A stretch of DNA of 64,000 bases, taken from contig NW_027361698.1 in NCBI RefSeq assembly GCF_039654945.1, forward strand, positions 58,342,001 through 58,406,000. The letters are read 5' to 3'. Both the position numbers and the translations under genes were made by a program. Below are positions 50,323-63,518 of this stretch, one piece after another; the stretch's first letter is position 1, and the number at the start of each line of letters is the position of its first letter. Origin of the DNA: Dendrobates tinctorius (lineage: Eukaryota). Under the pieces are notes generated by a model. It was not told where the DNA came from and searched no databases. It saw nothing but the letters and a program-made list of their open reading frames with translations.

Positions 50323-53300
50323 AAAACATGTTGACATAAGAAGCAGACTTTTTCAGTATCCGCACTGGGCTGGGAACACACGTTGAATTCACAGTTTTGT
50401 CACTTTCTGTAAAAGGTATTCTATCAATGTCTGCCTTTGGGACAAAGTGACAGCAGATTTCCATTTCTGAGACTGCTATTGGCAAGGCTCCGTAAACCAT
50501 AGCTATTCATGTTGTTTGGAAGATGGATTGGGTTCCAACAGGCTACCCTGAACAGCTGGGAGGTGTAACTCACTGTCCTCTAGGGAAATTCTCCCATCTT
50601 CCCTCTGCCTCTAATTAATTAATCATTACCCACAGATTACCAATTAGATAAAGGGTTTTAAGTGATTTCTAACCACACTAGAAGTGCAGGAAATACAATA
50701 AGCAATTATTGTTTATTACACCTGGATAAGAAATAAGCATGTGTAATCAGTGAAGTGGCGCTATTACTCATCCACTCACTACAGGCTGTTTTACAGCAAT
50801 TTTACGGGAAAATAATCAGTTCTCTATACATTAACATGGCTAAAAAGACAATTGTCAATGTTTCAGGCTATACACATGTTAAATTACAGTAAAGATGAAG
50901 CTGTCACAAATATGGGAAATTTCTTATAAAATGTATTGAAATTCTTTAATTACTTTAGAAAACAACAAATTTTAATATTTTTGCGTTGTTTATCTCTATG
51001 TAACTGAATAAAATCTTAATGTTTCTTAGATCGGCGGCTTGATGCATTAAAGGGTTAATTCTGGTTAATTATTTAGTTTAAATTATACAAAAAATGAAGA
51101 GATTTTTCTTATAGATCGACTTTTGTGGGTTTTTTTTTTCCTGACAAAAGGTACCTGGTGTGCATGTAAGTATCTAATTTAGGCATTTTGCTATTATTTT
51201 TTCTCCGTACCCACCCAGTTGGAACTACGAATTGTGTTGCAAATGTTTATTGTGATTGCTCACACTTTAGGTATCGTGTAAGTGAAAGTGGAGTAATATT
51301 GTTTCTGACAATGGAACCTACAAATAGCTCCTGGTAAGGTATAGAAATGGCTTTGGCTGGTACAGGCAGATATTTGGGCTTTTATTGAAGGGAAGAGAGC
51401 TTAAACATAGGACATTCTTGCTTAAAATGAGAAATTATGGCTGAAATTGGTGGGCAGTATGGTTAGCAATGGGAACTCACTTCTATTGGTACTGTAATAC
51501 AAATCACAGGAGCTTCTGACTTTTACTATGATAAGATATTTTATGTTATTCAACCAATGACTGAAATAAACTCCCTATTTATCTTCAGAGGTTCTGCAGC
51601 AGTATGAGGTGCACATTATAAAGAATCCTACTTTTACATAGCATCTGAACTCTATAGTGATTTTTTTTTTAATTTACAGTAGTTTAACAATATCCTATGT
51701 ACAGTTTATTTAACATCCAATTTGTCTTACCTGGCTTATAAATGGTCACTATTCAGAATTATTTTTGCGATTTGTTCTACTGAGCCAATTTTAAGCACTG
51801 TGATTACTGTTCTATCAGTTGGCCCATGTTCCCTCATGTTGTGGACTGTATTGTATGTGCAATGTTAACAGAATCGTGTACATAAACCTGCATAAATTAT
51901 TATTTCGATAATATATTTTCTTCATTCAGACAAATTATATCCCAATATATTTTGAAATTCAAATAATCAAGACTCCCAAATAAATTGTACAGTCAGCTGA
52001 AACACAGAGGATGCATTGGTCTTCCAGATGTCCATACTTATTATTAGGTAATTCGTCTGAATTGATGGTTAAAAATTGTAAATTCCTTAAAACAACATAA
52101 TAAGTTGAACATATGATACTGGTACTTACTATTAGGTAATAATGGTCATAGATACTTTGGGACTGAGGCCCTACCTCCTCCTGATTCTTTTCAAATAATT
52201 TTTATTAAAGTTTAACAATTTAAAAGGGAAGGGGAATGGGAAAGGAAACAAAAGATAGAGATCTCCATTTTACAAATTGTAAAATCATACAATTACAAGC
52301 AAGAATTATTACCATCATATACCAGACTTCAAACACAAAATGGAAGTCATAACAATTCCCTCATGACTTCAAAATAGGACACAACAATTCATCCATGACA
52401 TCAAGGAAGGAGATAACAATTCCTTCATGACTTTAAAATAAGACATAACAAATTATTTATATTTGGTATTCCACACCTCCCACTTCAAATGATAGTGATT
52501 CAATGACCCTGCGTTGATAGCTATTTTTTCCTCCATTATACTATGGGTGCGTAGTGTGTTAACTATGTCCAAGAAAATAGGAGCATCCGGCTCCTTCCAC
52601 CACTGCGCTATAAAATTCTTTACCGTAAGGAATATGTGCGTCATCACGAATTTGATTGTCGGGCTAATACCCTCTAGGTCTAAGGATAAAAGTGCCATAC
52701 GGGGGGTGACATCGACAAAGGTTTTGGACAGTGAGTTGACATGCATCTTTACCTGTAACCAGAGTGTATGTAACTTGGGGCAGCTCCAATAAATATGAAA
52801 TAAATTTCCATTGCAATGGCAGCCTCTCCAACACAATGGAGAAGTATCCACACTTATATGAGATAGTCTCGTAGGTGTGCAGTACCACCGGAGTGCTCCC
52901 TTCAAATGAGTCTCGTGTAGTCCCGTAGAAATTGTATATCTGTTGGAAATCCTAAAGGCATATTTCCACTGCTCCTCAGAAATGGGTGACCTAAGATCTA
53001 ACTCCCATTTTTTCATATAACCGGTCATTGAAAACACAGTATCTCTATTGAAACAATGATAAATATGCCTAAGAGTCCATCTACTTTCAAGAGCAGGGTT
53101 GCCCACTAATGAGAGAATCACTTCTAAATTTAACTTTCTACTGCTTATTAACTTTTGAAGGTTATCTCTAATCAGCAAATAAGACATGAATTCACCTGAG
53201 GGCAAATGAAAGCTGTCCTTAAGAGAAGAGAAAGACTTGATACATATGCCATCATAGAGATCTCCAATTTTCTTTATATTATGATTGGGCCAGGCATTTG

Positions 53301-53669
53301 GTATTGGGCAATTATATATGACTGTGAGCGTTTTGAGAGGCAGGTTGTTAAGAATAGAAACTCTATTATCATTTTTCTTAAGTTTGGCAAACTTTCTCCA
53401 CACTTCAAAAATATATTTTACAAAAATATCTCTTTATGAACTATAGTTAATTTGTGCCAATTCCAGATCCATCCATGCTGGATGATCCTTTTGGGTAAAC
53501 CATTGGTGACTATGTTTAACTAGATACGCTTGTTGGTATGCCCAAATGTTTGGGACAGCCAAGCCCCCATGTATTCTTTGACGAAAAAGAGTGTTCTTGG
53601 CTATTCGTGGTCTCTTGTTTTCCCAAATGAATAGGTTAATCAGGTTTTGTATCGTACCAATCAGCTTTA

Positions 53670-54607
53670 GGCTGCGTGCCCACGATGCGATTTTTAAGCA
53701 TTTTTGCCGCGATTTTCAGCGCGAAAACGCTGCGAAAACGTTTAAAAATCGTGTACAGAACGCCCCCCATGCATTCCTATGGCATTCCGCACATGCTGTG
53801 CTAATGCTGCGCTTTTTTCCACCGCGGAAACGCATCGCGGAAAAAATCGCAGCATGATCATTCTTTTGTGCGGAATCGCAAAGAATTGCCACGATTCCGC
53901 ACCCATAGGAATGCATGAGAATCGCTTACTTCCCGCATGTGGCTATGCCCACCATGCGGGAAGTTAAGCGTCTCATGTGCGGTTGGTACCCACGGTGTGG
54001 AGGAGAGGAGACTGTCCTCCAGGCCCTGGGTACCATACCCCTGTAAAAAAAAGAATAAAAAATAAAAAAATCGGGGTATATTTACCTTCAGACGTCCCGC
54101 GCTGCATTCCCGGCCTAAGCGTTCCCAGTAATGCCTTGCGGCAAGGTCCCGTGATGATGTAGTCTCGCGTGACTCTAGCGGTCTCGCGAGATCGCTATAG
54201 TAACGCGAGACCAATGTCATCACAGGTCTCGCAAGGCATTACTGGGAACGCTGATGCCCAGGATGGCAGCGCGGGACGTCGGAAGGTAAATATACCCCTA
54301 TACCCGATGTTTTATTTTTTTGTAATTTTTAACATTTTATCTTTTACTATTGATGCCGCATAGGCACCTCAATAGTAAAAAGCTGGTCACACTTGTCAAA
54401 CACTATGTTTGACGAGTGTGACCAACCTGTCAATCACTTTCCAAGCGATGCTTCAAATCGCTTGGAAAGTGCTTGAGAAAATCGTGGCAAAATCGCGAAC
54501 AGAATCGCGGTAAAATCGTGGTGAAATTGCGCCGAAAAAAACGCACGATTTCTGGGAAGGAGTCCGGTTTCAGTATGCGTTTTAACACGCAACGTGGGCA
54601 CATAGCC
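53670..54607. mobile_element. Harbinger non-autonomous element, 938 bp
   Basis: TIR GGCTGCGTGCCCACG...CGTGGGCACATAGCC, TTA/TTA TSD, internal inverted repeats. Confidence 0.88.
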
Positions 54608-54915
54608 TTAAAGGGAATTTTAACGGAATGGCTCAGAAAATCTAATACTGTATGTAAAGCTCAATGTGGGGGTGTGTGTATGTATGTATGTCCGGGATTG
54701 GCATCCGCACCGCCACAGCTACAGCCACAAAATTTGGCACAGTCACACGTCTGGACCCCAGGAGCGTCATAGGCTATGTTGTAAGGCAAAATTTTAACCC
54801 TGCGCATTCCAATTCACCAAACAATTTTGCCCCTATCTATATCATGGGGAAAAAGTGTATGTATGTATTGGCATCTGCAACGTCATAGCTACAGCCACAA
54901 AATTTTGAAAAGTCA

Positions 54916-57900
54916 TATAATAATAATAATGATAATAAATTTTATTTTTATAGCACTGACATATTCCGCAGCACTTAACATTTCAGAGGGGATTTGTACA
55001 GACAATAGACATTACAGCATAACAATAATCAAATACAGTAGATTATAACAAATACCAAGAGGAAAGAGGGCCCTGCTCGCAAGCTTACAGTCTATGAGGA
55101 AAGAGGTAGACACGAAAGGTGGGTGGTAACAGTTGCCCTGATTGTATGGACCAGCCATAATGTTAGGTGTGTGACAGTACGGACACAGAGGGCTAATGGA
55201 TGCATAAAGCATGTGGGAACATGATGAGGGAAATCTGGTTATGGTAAAACTTTTGGCTGTGCCACACAGGGATAGATTAGGTTAATGTGTTGAGGCGATA
55301 GGCCAGTCTGAATAAATGCGCTTTCAGGGCACGCTTAAAATTGTGGGGATTGGGGACTAATCGTATTGACCTGGGAAGTGCATTCCAAAGAATTGGTGCG
55401 GCACGTGTAAAGTCTTGGAGACGGGAGTGGGAGGTTCTGACTATTGAGGATGCTAACCTCAGGTCATCAGCAGAACGGAGGGCGTGGGTAGGGTGGTATA
55501 CTGAAACAAGGGAGGAGATGTAGGGTGGTGCTGAGCCATGGAGGGCTTTGTGGGTGAGGGTAATAAGTTTATACTGAATTCTGGAGTGGATGGGTAGCCA
55601 GTGTAATGACTGGCACAAGGTAGAGGCATCGGTGTAACGATTGGTGAGGAATATGATCCTGGCTGCAGCATTCAAGACAGATTGGAGAGGGGAGAGTTTG
55701 GTAAGAGGGAGACCGATTAGAAGAGAGTTACAATAGTCGAGACGAGAATGAATAAGAGAAACAGTAAGAGTTTTAGCAGAGTCAAAAGTAAGAAAAGGTC
55801 GAATTCTAGAAATGTTTTTGAGGTGCAGATGACAAGAGTGAGCCAGTGATCGAATGTGGGGGGCAAAGGAAAGCTCGGAATCAAGTATGACCCCAAGACA
55901 GCGGGCCTGTTGCTGGGGAGTAATAGTGGAACCACCCACAGAAATAGCAATGTCGGGTATAGGTATATTAGTAGAGGGAGGAAACACCAGGAGTTCAGTC
56001 TTTGACAGGTTCAGTTTCAGATATAGTGAGGACATGATATTAGACACAGCGTTTAGACAATCACCGGTGTTTTCTAGAAAGGCTGGCGTGATGTCAGGAG
56101 AAGAAGCGTATAATTGGGTGTCATCAGCATAGAGATGGTACTGGAAACCAAATCTACTGATTGTTTGACCAATAGGGGCAGTGTATAAGGAGAAGAGGAG
56201 GGGGCCTAGAACCGATCCTTGGGGGACCCCAACAGTAAGGGGCAGGTGAGAGGAGGAGGAACCGGCAAAAGATACAGTAAAGGAGCGGTAGGAGAGATAG
56301 GAGGAGAACCAGGAGAGAACGGTGTCCTTGAGGCCAATGGAACGGAGCATAGTGAGGAGGAGCTGATGATCCACAGTGTCGAATGCTGCAGAGAGATCCA
56401 AGAGAATTAGCATGGAGTAATGACCATTTGATTTAGCTGTTAGCAGATCATTAGAGACTTTAGTGAGGGCAGTTTCAGTGGAGTGTAAAGAGCGGAAACC
56501 GGATTGGAGAGGGTCGAGAACAGAGTTTTCTGAGAGATAGCGGATAAGACGGGAGTGGACCAGGCGTTCCAGGAGTTTAGAGATGAAGGGAAGATTAGAG
56601 ACAGGTCTATAGTTAGGCTAGTTTCACACTAGCGTTTATGAGCGCAGCGACGGCCTGCGCACGGCCGCCGCTAAGCCCCGCCCCCGGCCGCGTCCCCGCC
56701 GGTAGCTCCGCCCACCGGCGCATGACGCTGCATGCGCCCTGCATCCCCTATCTTTATCACAGGGGGCGCAGGCCGTGCGCAGTATGCGTTTGGCGGTGCA
56801 TGTGTCCTTTTGACGGTACGCCGACCTGCGCCAAACGCAACCTGCTGCAGTTTGGTTGCGTCGGCGCACCATCAAAAAGGCACATGCGCCGCCAAACGCA
56901 TACTGCGCATGGCCTGCGCCCCCTGTGATAAAGATAGGGGACGCAGGGCGCATGCAGCGTCATGCGCCGGTGGGCGGAGCTACCGTCAGGGGCGCGGCAG
57001 GGGGCGGGGCGTAGCGGCGGCCGTGCGCAGGCCGTCGCTGCGCTCATAAACGCTAGTGTGAAACTAGCCTTAGCTGCACAGTTTTGGTCGAGGGATGGTT
57101 TTTTAAGTAGTGGATGTATGATGGCATGCTTAAATGAGGAGGGAAAAATACCAGAAGAGAGAGAGGTTAAATATTTTAGTTAGGTGAGGGGTGAAATCAG
57201 GGGAAAGGGACTGGAGGAGATGTGACGGAAATGGGTCACTGGTGCAAGTAGTTGGGCGAGAAGATGCAAGGAGCCTGCTTACTTCTTCTTCTGTGACTGG
57301 TTCAAAATCAGAGAGTGAGCTAGATGCAGTGGGGGAGGGAGGACAGTGCATGGTATGAGGTGATTGGGAGATAATTTCCTGTCGAATCTGGTCAATTTTT
57401 TCTTTGAAGTAATTGGCCAGATCGTCAGCTAGGAGCTCCGTGGTTGGGGCCTGTACTCTTGGATTGAGTAGAGAATTAAAAGTGTCAAAGAGACGTTTCG
57501 GGTTATTGGACAGTGAGGTGATGAGAGTGTTGAAATAGGTTTGTTTGGAGAGGTGAAGAGCAGTGTTGTATGTTCTAAGCATAAACTTAAAATGGATGAA
57601 ATCTTCGTGTAGATTGGATTTTCTCCACAGACGTTCGGCGGACCTGGAGCACCGCTGCAGGAAACGTGTTTGCACCGTGTGCCAGGGTTGTCGCCGTCTG
57701 CGTTGTGGTGTTCTATTTATAGGGGGTGCAAATTCATCCAGGGCACTTTGAAGTGTTTCATTGTAATGTTTCAATGCAGAATCAGGACATGAGAGGGAGG
57801 AGATAGGGGCCAATGAAGACTGTAAGTTCTTCATAAGTTTCGGGGTATTAATGGCCTGTATGTTTCTATAAGTCTGGACAGTTGGGGTGACCTGAGCAGC

Positions 57901-58610
57901 CTGGCAGTTCTTGATAGAGAATGAAAGAAGATTGTGGTCAGAGAGCGGGAGAGGGGAGTTTGCAAAATTATCCACTGCACAAAGCCGAGAGAAGACCAAG
58001 TCGAGGGAGTTACCGTCTTCATGCGTTGGAGAATTAGTAAGCTGCGAAAGGCCAAATGAGGAGGTTAGAGATAAAAGGTGAGTAGCAGATGATGAGAGGG
58101 GAAGAGCAATGGGGATGTTGAAATCTCCCATGATGAGGGTAGGGATGTCACAGGAGAGAAAATGTGGAAGCCAAGTGGCAAAATGATCCAGGAACTGATG
58201 GGAGGGGCCGGGAGGACGATACACCACTGCCACTCGCATGGAGAAGGGGGTGTAGAGTCTGACGGCATGGACCTCAAAAGAAGGGAAGACAAGTGAGGGT
58301 ACTTGAGGGATAACCTGAAAGGTACATTTTGGTGATAGGAGCAGACCAACGCCTCCACCTGCTCTATTGTCTGATCTTGGGGCATGAGAGAAGTGTAGCC
58401 CCCTATATGAAAGAGCAGGAGCAGCGGTAGTGTCTGACTGCTGGATCCAGGTTTCAGTAAGAGCCAGGAGGTTAAGAGAATTAGAGAGGAAGAAGTCATG
58501 GATGAAGGAGAGTTTGTTACACACTGAGCGTGAATTCCAAAGTGCACAATTAAGAGAGACAGATGGCATGCAGGGAATATTAATCAGATTAGAGGGGTTT
58601 CTAAGTGTAG
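54916..58610 (-). mobile_element. L2-clade LINE with near-complete ORF2 (APE endonuclease + RT)
   Basis: ALWNSRS, LALTETW, GGGVG, MGDFN, LSDH; then [26 protein letters not shown]; (ATT)n tail. Broken by a frameshift in a (CT)n run at ~57160 and by a MITE. Confidence 0.92.
56616..57069. mobile_element. 454-bp fold-back Harbinger MITE
   Basis: TIR GGCTAGTTTCACACTAGCG with arms complementary over ~200 bp. TTA/TTA TSD. Splits the L2 motif AANYRPVS. Confidence 0.93.
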
Positions 58611-59213
58611 CATGTCTGGACCCCAAGAGCGTCATAGGCTATGTTGTGAGGTGAAATTTTAACCCCACGCGTTCCAATTCACCAAACAATTTTGCCCCTA
58701 TCTACATAATGGGGAAAAAGTGAAAGGAAAAGTGTTGGAGGCAAATTGACAGCTGCCAGATGTGAACAATGGAGACTTAAAGAATGAGAGCGATGGCGCC
58801 AAACAGTATATACCGTACAGTTGCTAAGATGGGGCCCTGACATGGGATACTCACCACACATGGGGATATGAACACACACACAAAATGCGCCACACACAAC
58901 CACATGCTTCAACACATATACCACCCTCAGCACACATTTCACAACACCTACACCAACCTCGTCACATAAAAGTCGAAACACAAAAGTCGCCACTCAAAAC
59001 TCGCCACGCTGTCCCAGAGCTGTTTAAAAGAGGAAAAATGAGCTGTGATTGGTTGCTATCAGCAACAGTTTTTTTGTAGACAGCTGTTGTAACTGAGGCC
59101 TATTATTCTTATCATTTCTATGGTGTTATCTTCCTTCTGTAAAGCTGGAAATAACACAATTTATTAGCGTGCCAACAGAGACCATCCTCTGACACAGACT
59201 GCAGGGGGAGCCC

Positions 59214-59531
59214 AGTATCACACAGAATAGGATTAGATAGACGGCTCAGCAGTCAGTATCACACAGGATAGGATTAGATACACAGCTCAGCAGTCAGTAT
59301 CACACAGGAGAGGATTAGACACATGGCTCAGCAGGCAGTATCACACAGGATAGGATTAGATACACAGCTCAGCAGTCAGTATCACACAGGATAGGATTAG
59401 ATACACAGCTCAACACACAGTATCACACAGAATAGTATTAGATACATGGCTCAGCAGACAGTATCACACAGAATAGGATTAGATACACGGCTCAGCAGTC
59501 AGTATCACACAGGATAGGATTAGATGCACAG
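59214..59531. repeat. ~41-bp minisatellite within the Helitron
   Basis: About 8 units of CAGTATCACACAGGATAGGATTAGATACACAGCTCAGCAGT. Confidence 0.9.
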
Positions 59532-60504
59532 TTTTTATGTGCAATATAATCATTTTAATTTATTATAACTAACCACAGTTGGTTACTATGCCAAGGCAAC
59601 ACCGGGCTCTTCAGCTAGTATACAATATTTTTCGCAAAATAATGGATTTAACGGTCAGTATCCTGCCCAGAAGTGTAAGCTCCAAAGAGTTAAAATGTGA
59701 GAAATCTTTGGAGATGTTAGCCTCGAGAGTTTCAATATTTACTGGCACTATAGAGCGTAAGTTGGAAGTAATGGAAATTCCTAAATAGGGTAAGCTTTTT
59801 TCTTCTAATTTGAAATTGGTTCTTTGCAGGGCCCATTCTACATACTCCCGGGCCATGTTAAATGGCATAATTTTGGATTTGAGGGAATTAATCTTAAAGA
59901 AAGACATTTTATTAAACTTTTCTAGAAGTGATAGTAATATATTAGTAGATTCGACTCGGTTTGTGACCGATATGAAAAGGTCATCTGCAAACAGACTAAT
60001 CTTATGGGAGGACCTTCTAGTATCAATTCCTGATATCGATGGGGATGATCTAATAGCTTCCGAGAGAGGCTCGATTGCTAATGCAAATAGTAGAGGTCAC
60101 AAGGGACACCACTGCCTAGTTCCGTTACTGATAATAAAAGGCTTGGATAGATGGTTATTAACATAGATTCTGGCACTAGGTTCATGGTAAAGGGAAAAAA
60201 TATTACTAATACATTTATTATCAAAGCCTAAACAAGAGAGGGTGTTTTTAAAAAATAGCCAATTTAGTCTATCGGAAGCCTTTTCGGCATCAAGGGATAT
60301 GAGCATGGAAGGAGTATTTGAGGAATTGATTAAATTTAAAATATTTAAAATTCTTCGTCTCCCATCAGGGGCCTGTCTGCCAGCAATAAATCCTACTTGG
60401 TCATTTTTGATCAACTTTGGAAGAATATTTTTAAGGCGGTCTGCCAGGATTTTATTGAAAATTTTTATGTCCCCATTTATCAGTGATATCGGTCTGAAAT
60501 TTTG

Positions 60505-63500
60505 TTTTCAAATAATTTTATTGTTTTTTTTTAAATAAACAGGGTAGGGAAAGGAAGGTAGGAAGGGAGGGAAGGGAGTGGGGAATAAACAACCTTGTAC
60601 AGGTATGGAAAAAAAAATTAAAAACTAGAGAACCCACAAACAGGCATAGAATATCATATATCGAATAACAACATAAAATAAAAAAAAATCGACAATCCTT
60701 ATTATGGGGTAACATTCTTGGAAGGAGATACAGCATCCCAGTACTAAAGCGCCCAACTTCAAAATATAGTGCCTCTTGTTAAGTCTAGTTGATATGAAAT
60801 TTGTTGTTCCAGGTCTTCCATTTTTTTGAGTATTTGTGAATGTGATTGTTGTTAATCGCAAATCTGCGTTCTAAATCGTTGTGTTGGCCTATCTTGTCAA
60901 GTATGTCTGAAAACTTGGGAACCTCTGCTTTCTTCCACCATTGTGCTAACATGGTCTTGGTCACTAAGAGGATGTGTATGATAATGTGTCTTACCGAATC
61001 ATCAAATTGTTCCATGTCTAAAGAAAGAAGTGCTCTTTCGGGTATAATTATGAAGTCCTTAGCAATGAGGTTAATGTGCTGTGTGACTTGAAGCCAGAGG
61101 TTTTTGATTTTTGAACAACCCCAGAAAATATGGTAGAGGTTCCCTTGGTGTCCACAATCTCTCCAGCACAAGGAAGATAGCTCTGTGTTAAAATGCGATA
61201 ACCTCGTCGGGGTATAGTACCATCTATTTAACAATTTGAAATAACTCTCATGAAGACCCATTGATATGTTGGAATTGTAAGTGTTTTTGATGGCATCGTT
61301 CCAGTTCTCGAGACGGATATCAGCACCAAAATCGGACTCCCATCTCTTCATGTATATGTTTCTGTGGCTCGTTAGGTCTTTGACAACAGATCTATACAAA
61401 TTACGCAGACTCCAGAGGTTTTTATTTTTAAGGTTGCACAGTAGTGAAGATAGCATTTCATAATTCAAAGTCTTCCCTTTTATGAATTTCCAAATTCTGT
61501 CTTTCAACATGATGTAAAAGACTAGCTCAGATGACGGTAAATTATATTTAACCCTGATCTCACCGAATTTCAGGAACTCCACTCCACTAAAAACATCCCC
61601 CACCCTTTTAATTCCAGATTTCCCCCAAACCTCCGGTATTGGGAGATCATCCATCAGTGCCAATGAAGATAGAGGCAACTTTAAGATTTGCTCTGCTTTT
61701 TTGATATTTTTAGTCGGCTTAATGAGATCCCTCCAGGCTGAGATTATCGGCCGGAATATAGGATGAGATGAGTTCGCACTGGGCTTTTGCAGAAGGAAGT
61801 GAAAGAAAAGTTTTTGAATGGAACCTCTATCACTAGCATCTCTCTCCAAGCCATACCAAGCTGGATGTGTCATGTTTTCAGTAAACCAGTGCCAGCTCTG
61901 TTTGATGAGCGAGGCCTGATAATAAGCGTATATGTTGGGCAGTCCTGCGCCCCCATGTTTTTTATTTTTGTACATCAAGTCTGCAGATATTCTTGCTTTT
62001 TTACCTTTCCAAATAAATAGTCGGATGAGCTCTTGAGCTCTATCAATGGTTTGGCGCGGAAAGCTAACTGGTAAAGTCCTAAATATGTATAAAATTTTGG
62101 GAAGGATAAAAGTTTTGACTGCCAGAATCTTCCCAAAGATGGAAGTCTCTAGCTGAGCCAAAAAGGATAGATCGCCTGTAATAGTCTTTATAATGCTGTC
62201 TAAATTGGCCCTAACTGTGGCTTGGATTGATCCAGCTATTCTAATCCCTAGATAGACAATCTCTTTCTCCTCCCAAGTGAACTGGGTTTGGGCCTTTATT
62301 TCGCTAATTTCAGATTGTTTCATGTTTAGAGTTATAAATTTTGATTTGTTTGGGTTTATCTTAAAATAAGATGCTCTAGAGAATTTTTCTAGTTCAACTG
62401 AAAGGGCTTTAATGGAGTTTGCAGGATCCAGTAGCGTGAGGAATAGATCATCTGCGAATAATCCAATTTTAAAATTTTGTGATGGCAGTTCAAAGCCTTT
62501 AATATCATTGTTTATTCTTATTTTTTTGGCTAGGGGCTCTATGGCAAGCACAAATAGAAGGGGGGACAGGGGGCACCCCTGTCTCGTGCCATTGGTAATG
62601 TCGAACGGATCGGAGAGGAAATTGTTTGCATAAATCCTGGCACTCTGACCAGAGTACAAGGCGAAGACTGTTGATAGAAACTTCTCATCAAAGCCAAATC
62701 TATCGAGAGTTGCTTTAAGTAAAGCCAGTTTAGCCTATCAAACGCCTTCTCGGCGTCCAGTGCCAGAAAAGCAGTTTGGGTTCTCAGGTTGGTCGCTAAA
62801 TTTATCAGATTCAACACCCTTCTAGTTCCGTCTGAGGCCTGGCGGCCCTCTGTAAAGCCTATTTGATCATCCACCAACAGACGTGGAAGGATGTTTTTTA
62901 ATCGGTTTGCAATGATCTTTGAGTAGATTTTAATATCGCTATTTATGAGCGATATTGGCCTATAGCTCTGTATCCTCCCGGGGTCCCCCTCTCCATTGGA
63001 ATCATGATAATTGTTGCCTCTAACATCTCCTTTGGGAAGGAACCCCGAGAGGATGCCAGATCAAAGACGGAAGCCAGCTGTGGAGCCAGAACTTTTGAAA
63101 AGGATTTATAGTAGTCTCCAGAGAAGCCATCCGGCCCTGGTGATTTTTGGGACTGCAGTTTCTTGATAACGTCAGCAATTTCTCTCTCTGTAAAGGGGCT
63201 ATTGACATAACTCAAGTCCAGCTCATCGACTCTTGGTAGATCAATACTCTATAGAAAAGAATCTACAAAATTCGAGTTAACCACCGGTGTTTGGGGGTCA
63301 TCTTTCAGGTTATAGAGATTTTTAAAGAATTCTGCAAACGAGTTGACAATATCCCTAGGGTGAGTTTTGGGGTCACCCGAGGGAGATACTATCTTATTTA
63401 TTCTCCTTTTAATTCTTTCTCTTTTTAATTTCCTCATCATAAACCTGGTAGGCTTGTTAAGAGACGCATATGATTTGTACCTAGATGCTTTGATGACTGC

Positions 63501-63518
63501 ATCATATTCCTGGTAGAT
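60505..63518 (-). mobile_element. 5'-truncated L1-clade LINE B inserted in L1 A
   Basis: 18-bp TSD TATCGGTCTGAAATTTTG (60487-60504, 63519-63536) and an A-rich 3' end. Confidence 0.9.
60785..62659 (-). CDS. L1 ORF2 C-terminal 624 aa (RT + CCHC), frameshifted upstream
   Basis: GTRQGCPLSP, LFADD, YLGI, GGAGLPN, CWRDCGHQGNLYHIFWGC. Upstream pieces (KSPGPDG, LDAEKAFD) are in other frames. Confidence 0.88.
   Translation of the reverse strand: MYSGQSARIYANNFLSDPFDITNGTRQGCPLSPLLFVLAIEPLAKKIRINNDIKGFELPSQNFKIGLFADDLFLTLLDPANSIKALSVELEKFSRASYFKINPNKSKFITLNMKQSEISEIKAQTQFTWEEKEIVYLGIRIAGSIQATVRANLDSIIKTITGDLSFLAQLETSIFGKILAVKTFILPKILYIFRTLPVSFPRQTIDRAQELIRLFIWKGKKARISADLMYKNKKHGGAGLPNIYAYYQASLIKQSWHWFTENMTHPAWYGLERDASDRGSIQKLFFHFLLQKPSANSSHPIFRPIISAWRDLIKPTKNIKKAEQILKLPLSSLALMDDLPIPEVWGKSGIKRVGDVFSGVEFLKFGEIRVKYNLPSSELVFYIMLKDRIWKFIKGKTLNYEMLSSLLCNLKNKNLWSLRNLYRSVVKDLTSHRNIYMKRWESDFGADIRLENWNDAIKNTYNSNISMGLHESYFKLLNRWYYTPTRLSHFNTELSSLCWRDCGHQGNLYHIFWGCSKIKNLWLQVTQHINLIAKDFIIIPERALLSLDMEQFDDSVRHIIIHILLVTKTMLAQWWKKAEVPKFSDILDKIGQHNDLERRFAINNNHIHKYSKKWKTWNNKFHIN

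Larger units (their letters stand above)
54641..59618 (+). mobile_element. Non-autonomous Helitron carrying an L2 insertion
   Basis: 5' TC after A and 3' CTAG before T, with no TSD. Removing it rejoins the L1 frame (..KILYIF.AIPLKFP). GC-rich subterminal tract at 59590-59610. Confidence 0.8.

Noticed and set aside
56636-57049. Mirror-image ORFs on both strands
   Set aside because: A consequence of the palindromic MITE.
58611-58635. ATG start of the 501-aa L2 ORF
   Set aside because: The ATG lies in flanking Helitron sequence outside the 5'-truncated L2, so it is a chance in-frame start.
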